A DNA stretch of 64,000 nt from Octopus sinensis (GCF_006345805.1 NC_043001.1:102114001-102178000), one strand, 5' to 3'; numbered from the stretch's first letter, positions 24,040 to 38,559 are shown. Numbers and translations are program-made. Notes: generated by a model from the letters alone, not told the origin.

Positions 24040-25255
24040 AGTCTGAGCAGCTTGAAAGAAAAGTTGGAGCATCAAATGTGGTGTGCAAGAGAGATGACTG
24101 CACTGGTGTGGTCATGTGTTATGTATGGATGAGGACAGCTGTGTGAAAATGTGTCACACCCTATCAGTAGAGGGAACCTGTGGAAGAGGTAGACCCAGGA
24201 AGAATGAGATGAGGTGATGAAGCATGACCTTCGAATGTTGGCCCTCACAGAGGCAATGACAGGAGACTGAGACCTTTGGAGATACGATGTGATTGAGAAG
24301 ACCCAACAACTAAAGTGAGATCGTAGCCATGGCTGATGTCAGTGTTGCATGTCCGGCCCATTTAAATGTGCCCTTGTGGAAGCACTCCGTCAGTTACGAC
24401 GATGAGGGTTCCGGTTGATCCGAATCAACGGAACAGCCTGCTCATGAAATTAACATGTAAGTGGCTGAGCACTCCACAGACACGTATACCCATAATGTAG
24501 TTCTCGGGGATATTCAGCGTGACACAGAGAGTGACAAGGCTGGCCCTTTGAAATACAGGTACAACAGAAACAGGAAGTAAGAGTGAGAGAAAGTTGTGGT
24601 GAAAGAGTACAGCAGGGATCACCACCATCCCCTGCCGGAGCCTCGTGGAGCTTGAGGTGTTTTCGCTCAATAAACACTCACAACGCCCGGTCTGGGAATC
24701 GAAACCGCGATCCTATGACCGCGAGTCCGCTGTCCTAACCACTGGGCCATTGCGCCTCCTAAATGTGCCCTTGATGTGTTGGACAATATGATATGCTTGA
24801 GAAGACCTGTTGAGTCAAGTAAAGCACAAATCGTAGCTGTGGCCAGTGCCCCCTGACTGGCTCCCGTTCCAGTGGCACGTAAAATGCATCATCCGAACAT
24901 GGTTGATGCCCATGTCCCCTGACTGGCTCCCATACAAGTGGCACGTAAAAAGCACCATCTGAATGTGGCTGATGCCAGGTCCAACTGACTAGTTCCCATG
25001 CCGGTGGCACTTAAAAAGCATCATACAAATGTGGCCGATGCCAGTAGCCACTCCAACTGGCTCCTGTGCTGGTGGCATGTAAAAATCACCACTCTCAGAG
25101 TGGTTGACATTATGAAGAGCATCCAGATGTAGAAACCTTGTCAAATCAGACTGGAACCTGGCGCAGCTCCCTGGCTTACCAGTTTTCAGCCAAGCAATCC
25201 AACCCATGCCATCATGGAAAGTGGATATTAAACGATGATGATGATGGTGGTGATG
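24040..25255 (+). mobile_element. RTE 3' fragment with tandem ~63 bp 3' UTR units, interrupted by a SINE
   Basis: VEGTCGRGRP-type peptide, units GCCAGTGCCCCCTGACTGGCTCCC..GGCACGTAAAAAGCA, (GAT)n tail. Confidence 0.85.
24377..24759 (-). mobile_element. Young tRNA-derived SINE (family D) with 14-bp target-site duplication
   Basis: Minus-strand head GGAGGCGCAATGGCCCAGTGG...GGTTTCGATTCCC. TSD TAAATGTGCCCTTG at 24363-24376 and 24760-24773. Confidence 0.93.
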
Positions 25256-25459
25256 GTGTGTGTAGCTTGACAATTGCCAAAGCACAAAGCTTTTTGCTCT
25301 TGAGTCACTCCAACTTCTGCTGATTATTAACAAAAATATACAGACTCATATTTTAAGTTCTCTTTTACAGTTTGCATCACCAAACAATATGTATATATGT
25401 GATATGTGTGTTTGTGAGTGTACACATGCAGATATCTATTTTTTGCTGATGTGCATGTC

Positions 25460-25510
<51 letters not shown>

Positions 25511-26264
25511 AAAAATCAGTCAACTAATTCTTTACATTGAATGCATTCAAACAAAAATAACTGATTGTGGTTTATTGTTGGATCTCAGCTTGAACCCTTT
25601 GCCCACCTACCTTTGTGCTGTCCATGATAAGACAATCTGTGTGGTCCTCTTTTCAAATCCATTACCAACCAAGTAGGACAGCATAGATTTCACCATTTAC
25701 CATTATGAAAATTGTTTGCATTATGTGTTTTATACTCCCCCACACAAAAAAAAAAAAAAAAAGCCCTCACTATTTTAGATAGGAACTATACTAGTATGTG
25801 TATGCGTGTGTTTGTGTACACACACACACAGTGAGAGGAAAATGAAAGTTCTGTGGAGAAAGAAAATGTATTAAAAATATCAAATTGTTCAATGAATGCG
25901 TTTTAAGATCAGATTTTGTGTGTGTGTGTGTGTTGTAGCAGGAGAAATGGAGAAATGCTAATGAGAGCCGCTACAAAGTTATCTGGTTCTTGTGATTGTA
26001 AAGTAACATATCTGAAAAGGATTGTGTGTGACAGCTGTGCTTGTGAAGGGGGAGGTGGTGTTGGCCGTGATTGTTGTTATGCTTTGTGGTGGTCATGGTT
26101 GTGATGGAAGGAGTATTGATGATGATAATGACGACGATGATGATAGTTATGGTGATGAAAGGGGAGACGTTGTTGTTGCTGGTGCCATTGATGTGTTGTG
26201 TGGGGGGTGGGGACTGGGAAGAACTGAAGGTGACACTGGATGTCGGAGTGCAGGTGGCAGTGAG

Positions 26265-26640
26265 CATCATCATCATCTTCATCATCGTTTAACGTCCGCT
26301 TTCCATGCTGGCATGGGTTGATGGCTTGACTGAAGACTGGCAAGCCAGGAGGCTGCACCAGGCTCCAGTCTGAACTGGCAGTGTTTTTACAGCTGGATGA
26401 CCTTCCTAACACTAACCACTCCAAGAGTGTAGTTGGTGCTTTTTACTTGCCACCAGCATGAAGACCAGTCAGGCTATTCTGGCAATGACCATGCTCAAAA
26501 GGTGTTTTATTATATGCCACCCGCATGGGAGCCAGTCCGGCGGCACTGGCTACGACCACCTTGAATGTTGTTTTTCATGTGCCTGTAAGTTGATGTTGAC
26601 AACGATCACGCTCAAATGGTGCTTTTTATGTGGTGATTTG
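26265..26640 (-). mobile_element. RTE 3' end fragment
   Basis: (CAT)n CGTTTAACGTCCGCTTTCC... plus 3' UTR units. Confidence 0.85.
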
Positions 26641-27019
26641 TATTATTCCTGATGTCGTTGTTGCTGTTGTTGTTGTTGTTGCAGTGTATGTTACGAACTT
26701 TTGTGTGTTTCAATGGTTATAATGTAACCTCTTTGCTCTTTGCCACCTCTACAGAGACGCTCACACACGCACACACACACAAAGAGTTAAAAGAACAATA
26801 ATAAGAGCAAGTCTAACGATCAAGTCTAAAGCTGCCCAAACAATGAACTCTTTTAGTTTCCATTTACCAATATTCTGCAGCAGTTTATGTCTGGAGTCAA
26901 CAATTGAGAACAATTTCCTCTAGACACGCAAACAAGGAGTGCCAAAGCAATTTTATTGTGATGATGTGTTTTTTCTTGTTTTATCTTTAGCATGTCTTGA
27001 TTCATTAAAGAAAAACAGA

Positions 27020-27680
27020 GATAGACAGAAAATACGGCTGGAAATAAAATAAATCATAAAACAGTTTTTAAACGAAAACATAAAAGATGATAAAAATATT
27101 CAAAAATATAAAAATGTTGAAGCTAATACAAAATAGAATATAATCAAAGTATAACAAAAAAAAGACATAATGTAAATATATAAAATGTATTGAAAGATAA
27201 ATAGATATATATGAATATATAATAAAAATATAATCCAATATAAAATATAACTGAAATAAAAACAAATATATAAAAAATACAAAATTCAAGAATAAAAATA
27301 GTTAAATAAAAAAAAATACAGCAAAGCAAATAAAGATGTACAAAAGTGCTATCAATAATAAAATAAATAAATAAAATAATGAAATCTTATTTAAAGGAAA
27401 TTATAATAATAATAAAAGTAATAAATAACGTTAAAAATGAAAAAGTGATAATAAAAATATATAAATAAAGATAACAAATATATAAGAAGTAAAAATAAAT
27501 CTCAAAAACATTTAAAAGAAATAATTGTAAAAATAATGATTAGTTTATTGCCACAAGGACACTGAATGAAGACATTACAATAAATTAGAAAATGGGGTGG
27601 GGTGGGGGGAGATTGTAGAATTATAAAAGTGAGTAAAGAACATGAGATCAAATAAAAAAAAATATGTAAAATACAATGAA
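27020..27680. repeat. A-rich low-complexity tract
   Basis: Direct inspection. Confidence 0.9.
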
Positions 27681-28449
27681 AATGTTGCAATAAGGAGACA
27701 ACCACTTAGAACTAATCAGGGAACCCCACAGATCACAGATTAGCTACGGCGGGGGGGGGGGCGTATGATCTCTAAGCCTATGGACATACCTTCAGAACGG
27801 GCCACACTTTCCTCTCTTATTTAGCTTTCAACATATTCACTTACTAGGGGGCAGCACTTGCTTGCTTCTTTACTCTTCCTTCTTATTGTGGGATGTGAAA
27901 AAGTCAACGATGGTTTTACCCAAAATGACAAAAAATGTTTGTCCTTTGTTCTTTCCTTCTCATCTCCCATTACACTCCATCATTCATCACAGCAGCCATC
28001 CAGGAAAAGGCATCCAAATGAAGTGAAGGAATCAACCTTCACAATGGACTCAGCTGACTTACAACAATACTGGTGACCATTACTAAACTTTTATTCAAAT
28101 CCATGGGTTCACTGACCCCTGGCCACATTCCTTGGTCAATGACTGCCTCACAACATCGCAGATGACAGACACTGACCATCAGTTCTGTTTAAAGAGGCAA
28201 GCTATCTTTTTCCCCTCCTGTGGTCATGCTGGAGCACTGTCTTGAAGAATTTTTAGTTGAATGAATCAACCCCAGGACTTTCTTTCAAGCCTGGTACATA
28301 TTCTATTGATCTCGTTTGCTGAACTGTTAAGTTAGAGGGACATAAATACACCAACACTGGTTGTCAAGTAGAGGTGGGGGACAATCACAGAAAAGATGAC
28401 ACACAAACGCACTTACACAAACATACTCACACACACACACATGATAGGC

Positions 28450-29660
28450 TTCTTGGCCATTAGAGTGAAGAAACAAGCCTGGAAAGACTGGAAGAATGGT
28501 GGTGGCAGAGAACTATATCAGGTAGCTAAGGAGGGAGGCTAGAATACAGGTACGCTTAGCCAGGGGATAAGCAGAAAGGAGGAAGTTAGCCGATGTTCTG
28601 TGGTGTGAGAACCAGAGGCTTGAAGTGTTTCAGATTGCAAGAACAGTGTGTCAGAGAATATCATGATGTGATAGGAGAGAAATGTGTTTGTATGGAAGAT
28701 GGCTCACTTGCAGTTGATGATTCCGCAAAGACAGAGGCTTGAAAGTGTTACTATAAAAGACTGCTTAATGTAGAGAACGCATGGGACAAGGAGAACCTGC
28801 CTAATGTGGACCCAACAGCAGGACTGGCTATTCAAATCAACTGTAGAGAAAGTAATTATGGATATGAAGACAGGGAAAGTCTCTGACCCATCAGGAATCA
28901 CTGCTGAGATGCTTAAAATATCTTGCAACGTGGGATGTGACCTGGTCATCCATATAGTTAATCAGGTTGTCCACGAGGGTGCCACCCAATAACTGGTGTA
29001 GCTGCATTACAGTCAACTACTACAAAGGCAAAGGTGATGCCCCAGACAGAAATAATTGGTGAGGTGTCAAATTGCTGGCCCATGTGATGGAAGTTGCAGA
29101 AAGGTCATCGCTCAATTAATTAGAGAGTTAGCATAGATGAGATTTGTGCCAGGTAGAAACACCACTTGGGCTATCTTCCTGGTGAGGCAACTGCAGGAGA
29201 AATTCTTGGCCAAAGGTAAACCTCCATATCAGGTTTTTGTTGACATGAAGAGGGCTTTGACAGAGTCCCCACTCCTTTATCTGGGGAGCAATCCAGAAAC
29301 TAGGGATAGACAAGTGGTTGGTGAGAGCTGTACAAGCCAGATGAAGGGATACCATTGTTAAGGTGAGAATTGCCAAAGAGTATAGCAAGGAGTTTAGTGT
29401 ACAAGTGCGTGTCCACCAGGGGTCAGCTCTTAGCCCCCACTTCTTATTTATCATGGTCCTCCAAGCTATAACTGAGGAATTTAAGACAGGCTGCCCATGG
29501 GAGACCCTCTCTGCCTGATGACCTTGCTCTTATTGCTGAATCACTACCAGAACCAGAGAAGAAGTTTCAGGTATGGAAGCAAGGTTTGGAATCAAAAATT
29601 AAAATATTGATAAGTAGGAAAACAGACAAATTACAGACCCCTTCAGGGAGTCAACCCTGC
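28450..29660 (+). mobile_element. RTE LINE RT fragment
   Basis: KTGKVSDPSGITAEMLK; RFVPGRNTTWAIFLVRQLQEKF; VHQGSALSP; PDDLALIAES. Confidence 0.9.
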
Positions 29661-30116
29661 TCTTTCTACCATTTTATTTTCCTTTCAAAACTAATAATAG
29701 TGATTTCTAACTTAGACACACAGCCTTGAAGTTATAGAAGGAGGACAATGACGAAGAGTTTTTATTTACTAATTAGGTGTGGAGGAAGCGGCATGCCTGA
29801 TTGGCCTTTGTTGAACCTTGCTAACCAGTAAGAATGAGCTCATTAACATCCATCTTGAGCCTTTGTAACTCAGCACCCGTAGAAAAGACAAGAGCAGGGA
29901 GGAAATTCCAGAGGGACAATATTCTGGGGGAAAAGGACTTGGTTTAATTAGGATGGACTAAGGGTTGGAGTCAGTGAGAGAAGAAACAAGTTGAATGGGG
30001 ATGTTTGAATAACCTGTGTCTAGTTGGATTCAACGACCATTATAGTAGGCAGAAAGGGGAGACGTAATCCTGAGGCTGGAATATGTGAGGTGACCCTTTT
30101 TTTTTTTAGATAATCT

Positions 30117-30336
30117 AAAACTGGTTCTAAACTGCAGTCCATATGACCCTTGGGTAGCCATGTTTTGTTATTAAAATTTATGGGCACAAAGTGTTTTAAC
30201 AAATATTTTTAATACAATTTCTGATTATATTCTAAAAATAAGACTTTTTAAGTATCAAATGGCTATGAGGGTCCAGCTGAGTAGTAATGGAGGGATCAAA
30301 AGGGTCCATAGGTAAAAAAATGGCTGAAAACTACTG
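30117..30336. mobile_element. hAT/Charlie-like MITE, degenerate
   Basis: Homologous to 31285-31524 (GGATCAAAA.GGTCCATAGGT..AAAAAATGG). Confidence 0.6.
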
Positions 30337-30601
30337 GTTTAGAATCTCTGTGAGTGTAACAGCAGCATCAACACCATCCCAGAACTGAGGGCAATTCTTG
30401 TGGACCTTACCTGACCTTTGTAGAGTGTTAATAATTTGTTAATGGTTGGATTGATTTCTGGGTTTGAAAAGAAGTTTGAAAAGTTGGTGTGTGACCCTAG
30501 CAATGTTAAGTATGTCATTTAACTGGGAGACATCTTCATTGATAGTAACAACCAATATTTGGAACAGTTTTGTGGGCTTTAGTTGAGTGCAGCTAATCAG
30601 G

Positions 30602-30800
30602 TTAACCCTTTTGTTACCAGCCCAGCTGAAACCGGCTCTGTAGTACAAATGTCTTGTTTTCATAAGTTTTGAATTAAAATCTTCCACCAAACCTTGGTCA
30701 CAATTTATGTTCCTAACACTAGCTGAATGATAACCAAGTTATTTTACTAAATTCCTTGTCATGTTTAAAGTAATTGAAAGAAATAGAGAGCATTCAAGAG
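30602..30800 (+). mobile_element. Possible piggyBac-type non-autonomous element end
   Basis: TTAA|CCCTTT start; no second end found. Confidence 0.3.
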
Positions 30801-31284
30801 AAATCCAGTAATGGAATGCTTAAAGGTTTTGTTTTCTTGAATAAAAGACACAAGATTGGCATATCCCCTTTGCAGGATACTTTCTTGGCTCACTATGATG
30901 TCTGGGTGTCAATTTGGCACATGGTACCCAGCTTGAAATCCTCTTGACGCCATGTCTAAACTTCTGCTTCATTTTTATCAATTCTCAAAACAAAAAGAAA
31001 GAAAATGTTGACTTGTATGGGATTTGAACTTAGAATGTAGATAACTGCAACAAAAGGCATTTTTGCAAAGAGGTATTATCAGCTTTCTGAAGACTAAACC
31101 TGGGGACAAAGCAAAGTTAATAGAAAGACAATGAAATAACAAATGAATAAAAAATATAAGAAAAGATAAGAAAAAAAGGATTTGTTGCACATTGAAAAAA
31201 TGTGAGAGTTAAAAGGATATGAAACTATGGTGTCATTGTTTTGTGGGCACCACATGTGAAATTGTTACAAGTATGGATCTCAGC

Positions 31285-31524
31285 CAGCGATTCTCAACCT
31301 GGGCCCGTATGAGGTTTTGTTGTTAAAAATTCTGTGCAAGAGACTGGTTATGTTTCTATGTTACACAAAATATCTAAACATCTTTTAAATACAATTCCTA
31401 ATAACATTTAATCATAAAAATAGATGTTTTTAGACATCAAATGGCTGTGAGGGGGTCCCCCTTCCCCAAGCAAAGTAGGGATCAAAACGGTCCATAGGTG
31501 AGAAAAAATGGTTGAGAACCCCTG
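31285..31524. mobile_element. hAT/Charlie-like MITE
   Basis: TIRs CAGCGATTCTCAACC ... GGTTGAGAACCCCTG. Confidence 0.75.
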
Positions 31525-31817
31525 ACCTAAATAGACACATTGTCAACCAAGAATATTTAGGAAATTCCAAAATATAGTTTCGCTTAAAATGTTTATAGCT
31601 TCCTTTTTTTTCCTGAAACCTGCCTTGATCTTAAGAAGTGATTTACGAAATGGAAATTAAATGTGGAGAAAGATTTTTTTTCAATTAGGAGAATAGTTTT
31701 TGAAAGAAATCTGTCTGACCTCCTTGCTGTATTGGTTCATAGTTTTGCTATTTTTGTCATATGAAGAACATCTGAGGGTAAACATTAGAAATTTGGCATA
31801 GGTGCTGTTGTTTAACC

Positions 31818-31852
<35 letters not shown>

Positions 31853-32249
31853 ACACACACACACACACACGCACTGGCTCTGACTGAGCAAATGATCTAA
31901 GACATTCCAGTTATGACTTTCCCACTTTTTGTTTAAATAATACAAAAGTTTTCAGTATGCACTTCCACTTTCAAGACGATATTCTGTGATGTGAAGTGTA
32001 TTTGGCTGCTATTTTTAGCATGTTGAGCAGTCATGTAAAGGCTTTTGCATTGGTTCATGTATCATAGAGTATCTATGTGAGATTAACCTTGGGCCAAATA
32101 TGCAGGAGTCACTGACCAGTCTCAAAGTTAACTGATCCGAGGAAGACTAGAATCTTGAATGGATCTTAAATGTCAGAATTTGCAGACGTGTCAAATGTCT
32201 GTAAAAGCTGTAGTTGGGACATGAGTCACTTATAGTTTCAAAACCAGAA

Positions 32250-32520
32250 ACAGACAGATGGACATTGTCTGACAGACAGACGGACATTGACTGACAGACA
32301 GACGGACATTGACTGACAGACAGACGGACACTGACTGACAGACGGACATTGACTGACAGACAGGCAGACATTGACTGACTGACAGACAGGCAGACATTGA
32401 CTGACAGACAGGCAGACATTGACTGACAGATAGGCGGACATTGACTGACAGACACACTGCCAGGCAGGGAGACTGGCAGACAGGTAAGCAGACAGACAGA
32501 CAGACAGACAGAGAGAGAGG
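32250..32520. repeat. Minisatellite of ~22-26 bp units (GACTGACAGACAG[A/G]C[G/A]GACATT) derived from (GACA)n
   Basis: Direct inspection. Confidence 0.9.
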
Positions 32521-33085
32521 CAGGCTCTGATAGACTGATGATGATGATGTAGGATGAAAAGGATAAAGCTCTTGAATGTAGCTGCAACAACTATGAAACT
32601 CTAATGTGGACTACTACTGCTACCATTACACTTTTGCATCTATTATTAATGCTAAATAGACATATTAAAATGATAGATGTAGCATGTAAAATAAAAGAGC
32701 AGTTAGTGCCTATTGTTGAGATTTCGGCCAAAATTAGTTCTTTATTCAAATATATGATAATAATATTCAGTCATGAAAACTTATACAAAAATCCTAGAAA
32801 GAGGGGAAAATGAGAATAAATAAATAATTTGTTTGGCTTGCTTACGCACGCACGTGCGCACACACACACACACACACATATATATATACAAACATACACA
32901 CACACATATATATATACAAACATACACACACACATATATATGCAAACATAAATACACACACACACACACATATATATACAAACATATAACTACGCAAACA
33001 TGAATACACATACATACATACAAACATAAATACACACACACACATATATACAAATATATAACTACACAAACATAAATATATACAA

Positions 33086-33146
<61 letters not shown>

Positions 33147-33904
33147 ATATAAATACACACATATACATGTATGTTATTATATATGTTATCTGAAAAAAAA
33201 TTCTTTCCCTACATAAATCTGTATTACACATACTGTACATATATATAATCTAATAAAATGTTTTGAAGGAAGTGTATTTCCCAGTGCATGTAGAGTGTAA
33301 TTTCTAAGTGTCTAAGGGTGAGTCAGCCAGCTTAGTAAGATAAACAGTGCAAGGTCAGAATAGGGCAACATAGACAACATAGAGCAATAAATTATAGTAT
33401 AATAGAGATAGATCAAATTAATGCAACAGTTGGATCAAAGACGGGGAATGAGAAGAGGGAATGAGAGGCTGTTTATTTATCTCATTTCGTTACATTGCAT
33501 CTTTTCAAATATGTGTGTGTGTACATGTATGTATTTCTGGATGTAGGCATATGTATGTATAATGTATGTATATCTATGTACTTATGCATGTATATATGTG
33601 TGTGCTCAGTTATGTATGTACATATGTATGCTTGCATTTATGTATGTATACACCTATATGTATGTTTTCATTTTTGTTTACGTATATGTGTGTGTGTGTG
33701 TACATGTATGTGCATGTATAGTCCAACACATGCATATATGTATATATGCATTTTGCTAAATATTAATATATATATTCTCACATATTTGTGCAAAGCTACA
33801 AGTATCTTAGGCAAAATGATAAATGAGTACATTGTGTAAAGAAAATATGTTTATCTGAATGCCCTGCCAACAACAAGCATGTCACAACCAGCTCCTTCGC
33901 AGTC

Positions 33905-35492
33905 CCAATCTTATGACTTAGATCTGTCCTTTCTGAACTGGTTACCACAAGATTCAACTACAAGATGGAAGAACTCAGAGTAGCCACTCTTGGCTTCCTC
34001 TGCAGTCTCAAAACGGCTTTGGCACCTGGTCCATGCACTTCTTACTTTGTTCCTGGGAAGATCTTTGAACTCCTTCTTGATCTTAGTCACCAACTTGGCC
34101 CTGGTGTTGCAGGCAGAGCAGTTGGAGTCTTTCTCAACCATGTCCCACACATAGTAAGCCATGGGAATTAGGAGGCCAGAAATTGGGGCTGGTGAAGTTG
34201 TAGAAATGCTCCATCAACCACTTCTTACTCTTTCTGGAGTTATGGCAAGGCACCAAATCCTTCTGCCACACATAAAGCCTTCCAACTGTAACCCTCTCCA
34301 ACCAGGTGTTGAACACAGTCTCCAGCAGCTTTACACAACTGTCTAAATTAAAGACTAAAACCCTGTTCAAAAGTATGGGGTGGCATGATGTCTCCTTCAC
34401 TGGAGACACACCCAATGACCATTACAGTTTGGAGAAAGTTGGTTTTCATGATATGGGGGATATCAAATGTATTGTAAGCCAGCCACTTGTTGTTCTGGGT
34501 GTTGAGCAGAAGTCCTTTTTATTGTTGTTCTGGGTCATGGCAGAAGTCCTTTTTATCTGAAAAGCATCAAATCATCCCCAACTCAAGAGGATGCCATGAT
34601 TTGTTCAGGTGTTTCTTTGCTTTTATCAAGTGGATGTCCCTGGCCTTCATTGTCAGTATTTGCCCTTTGCACCTATTAATCTTTACTCTTTTACTTGTTT
34701 CAGTCATTTGACTGTGGCCATGCTGGAGCACTGCCTTTAGTCGAGCAAATCGACCCCAGGACTTATTCTTTCTAAGCCTAGTACTTATTCTATCAGTCTG
34801 TTTTGCTGAACCGCTAAGTTTCAGGGACATAAACACACCAGCATCGGTTGTCAAGTGATGTTGGGGGGACAAACACACACACACATATACATATACGACG
34901 GGCTTCTTTCAGTTTCTGTCTACCAAATCCACTCACAAGGCTTTGGTCGGCCCGAGGCTATAGTAGAAGACACTTGCCCAAGGTGCCATGCAGTGGGACT
35001 GAACCCAGAACCATGTGGTTGGTAAGCAAGCTACTTACCACACAGCCACTCCTGCGTCTATTGTGTAAGTTGTAGCAAGTTTCTTGTTCAGGATCAACTT
35101 CATCATGGTGGCCCCCAACACCCATCTCTCTTACCAAATCCCAGATTCCTTTGCTTGGATTTCCTATCACCATGTTCCGCAGTTGTTGAATGAATTCCGA
35201 CATGCAGACACAGAACGTCTGCTGTGTCCCTTCCTTCTGGCCATGGCTACTTAATCCCTGTTGCAGTTGTCCATGTCATGTCCTACAACTATTACAGTGT
35301 TCACAGAACATTGACCAGTACTCATGGTGTTGGCATTTTGATGGTTTCCTGCCCTCCACATCACCTGACTTTTTCTCACCTACACTTTTAATCATTATGC
35401 TCTCCAATGCTGTTCGCTGTTTATCCACACATCAAGTTGTTCCTAAAAAAAAGATGACATACAAAATCGTCAGATTTATTCCTGACATCCTG
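33905..35492 (-). mobile_element. DD37D/maT-like Tc1-mariner transposase relic with a SINE insertion
   Basis: YVWQKDLVPCHNSRK...NFWPPNS; YYVWDMVEK; N-terminal EFIQQLRNMVIGNPSK. End ...GACATCCTG|TA at 35492. Confidence 0.8.
34684..35058 (-). mobile_element. SINE family A nested in the mariner relic
   Basis: Reverse complement of family A. Confidence 0.9.
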
Positions 35493-37329
35493 TAAACCCA
35501 GACTTGTAGGAATATCATACCTCAGCAAAGGTCTGGGAATGAAACACACTGCAGAGCATGAAAAGGTTATGCATGGGTATATTTTCCCATAAACTTGAGG
35601 GTGTTGACAATATCAACATGAAGTGCAGCCTTTCTTGGAATCACAACCATTATGTCACATCACATCTGAAAGGTTAGGCTTTTGCAATCCAAGAACAAAA
35701 TAACTAATGAATAAAAGAGATTGTGGAAAGAGGAACTCCTGAGATACAGCAAACAAATGTTGCTTTTATTACAGTTCTGTGGAATATGTTACACATTTGA
35801 CAAGCAGCTCCTAAAAACGTCATTGCAACATGATGACATTGCTAAAACAATAAACATGGTGACCCACTGCAAATGGGGTAAATGCAGATGATATTCTTAT
35901 TGGATACATTTGAATACAGTAATTATTGGTAGAATATTTCTCTCAAATGCATTTCTATCAGGCTTGATATAGTTGTTTGGAACAGGAAAGGAAAAAAATC
36001 ATTTACTGTCAAGGGGCAACAATGCCCTTCACAGGTGAACTTTTCTTTTGAATTTGTAAGAAAGAATATTTATGCACAATTGCTTCAAAACCTACATCTT
36101 CATACTAATCATAAGTTCCACTATTCTTAATAATTAATATGGCTAGATAAGCAAATGTTTAAGTCATGATCTGGTAAAATGAAGATTTTTTTCAGGAAAA
36201 GAAAGTACATTACTGATACAAACATGATCTTTAAATGAAGCAGTAAAAAAAAAATCTTTTTTTTTTACTAAAGTTTACCTCTTGAACCTATTGAACCTAT
36301 TGGGGGTTTTATGCAAATTCTAGCAGTGGAACTTTGTTTCTCTGTCAGACACCAGTTCCGTCACAAAAGGAAGAATTCAAGTAATTAAAAATAAAAAATG
36401 AAGCATGCATATACACATATACATGAATGCACACATATACATACATATACATGCATACACACATGCTTACACAGTATCTCAATGAAAAGAGAAGGGCAGT
36501 ACTTGTGAGCCTTTAAGGGCCTATGTGAGTGGTAGTGGGAGGTGGGGAGGAAGCTATCTTCCAACCAGACACCAAAGCTGAATGCTTGAAACAAAGTAGA
36601 CTCCTCTAAATGCAATCAACGGCCAGGTGATGGATTAAGTCCACCATACAGACCAAGGCAAGATTTGAACTCAGAACATCAAGCTTCAGATCAAATATTG
36701 TGAGATATCTCCTCGCACTCTAGCATTTCTGCTGCTGCCCCTTTCCACCCTGTATTGACACTGAATTTGTCGTCTCAGAAAAGATGAAAGCCAGAATGCA
36801 AAGGACTGGAATAAATACCACAAGGTATTTCGTCTAACAAGGCAATGTACGTGTTTATGTGTATATACATGTGCAGATGGATGTTTGTATGTCTGCCTAC
36901 GTGTGCCCGCATGCATGCATCACTGCATAAGTCGGTTTATGTTTGCATTTCCTTTGTGGAAGTCATAATGGCTAACACAAACAGAGGCGCTGTGACTCAT
37001 TGCCATTCAGTTACATTGATGTCAGAGAAACTGAATAGAAACGAACTTCTTCAGGGAAAAAACAAAATATATGAAGACAAGAGCAAACTACGTATTCGTG
37101 GTAGGAGAGATTGCTTTTGAGAAGGTCAGGCCAGTTTGGTTTAATATGGTGTGAATTGATCAGAAATATGTAACAAGATTTGTGAGTGGAATGGCAGTCT
37201 GTGTGGGAATGGAGAGATAGGAAGGTGATGGGAGTGGCACATGTGGTGGGGTGGGGAATAAATGGTAACAAGTATTGGTGAGGCGGAGGAGGAGATTGTA
37301 AAACTTGTAATTTCAAATTTTGGGAATAC

Positions 37330-37403
37330 TATGTGTATGAGGATTTTATATAAATATATATATATGTATATATATATATATACGAATGACAGTAATGTGT
37401 GTG

Positions 37404-37439
<36 letters not shown>

Positions 37440-37829
37440 ACATACACACACATGGATGGATGTATAATATACCTATATATGTGTATATATATATATATAT
37501 GTATATATATACATACATATATATAATATATGTATATATATATATATACATACATACATACATATATATATATATACATACATATATATATATATATATA
37601 TAATATATATATAATATATATAATATATATATATGTGTATATATATATATGTATATATATATATACATACATATATGTGTATATATATATATGTATATAT
37701 ATATACATACATACATACATACATATATATATATATGTATATATATATACATACATACATATATATATATATATTATATATATGTATATATATACATACA
37801 TACATATATATATATATATATGTATATAT

Positions 37830-37861
<32 letters not shown>

Positions 37862-37877
37862 GTATATGTATATATAT

Positions 37878-37908
<31 letters not shown>

Positions 37909-37975
37909 ATATATATATATATATATACATACATATATATATATATATATAGATATATATATATGTATATATATA
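37330..37975. repeat. Long (TA)n/(TACA)n microsatellite
   Basis: Direct inspection. Confidence 0.97.
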
Positions 37976-38129
37976 TTTCTACATTTATTTGTGTGTGTAT
38001 ATAGTTAGATGGCTAGTAAGATAACAGGATAATGCCATTAGTAGGAGAAGTTAAGAAAGTCTATAAAAGAAGATGGAATGTAGCAAAGTACAAGAATGTC
38101 AATGGAGGTTTAATTTTCTATAATAGGTT

Positions 38130-38525
38130 TTTGGATATAAAAATAGATAGGTAGATAGGATGATAGGTAAATAGATAGATTATCCTGCATATGGCATGTA
38201 ACGTAGAGTGAACCTTGCTGCTGGGTGTTGTGGTTCATTTCATTGTGATCACTTTCGAATCAAAGATTCTTCATCAGACTTCCTGGTTTTTGAATTCTTT
38301 CTCTTTTTTTTTACTCTTTTCTCTTTTACTTGTTTCAGTCATTTGACTGCGGCCATGCTGGAGCACCGCCTTTAGTCGAGCAAATCAACCCCGGGATTTA
38401 TTCTTTGTAAGCCCAGTACTTATTCTATCGGTCTCTTTTGCCGAACCGCTAAGTGACGGGGACGTAAACACAACAGCATCAGTTGTCAAGCAATGCTGGG
38501 GGACAAACACAGACACACAAATACT

Positions 38526-38559
<34 letters not shown>

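Noticed and set aside
35775-35877. Exon-like frame FCGICYTFDKQLLKTSLQHDDIAKTINMVTHCKW with ttacag/gtaaat
   Set aside because: Short enough to arise by chance, with no recognisable motif; not supportable without RNA data.
37141-38004. Long ORFs (up to 203 aa) rich in Y/I/M/C/V/H/T, here and at 2438, 3891-4449, 14211, 32781 and 33495
   Set aside because: They are translations of (TA)n, (CA)n and (TACA)n microsatellites, which lack stop codons in some frames; not genes.
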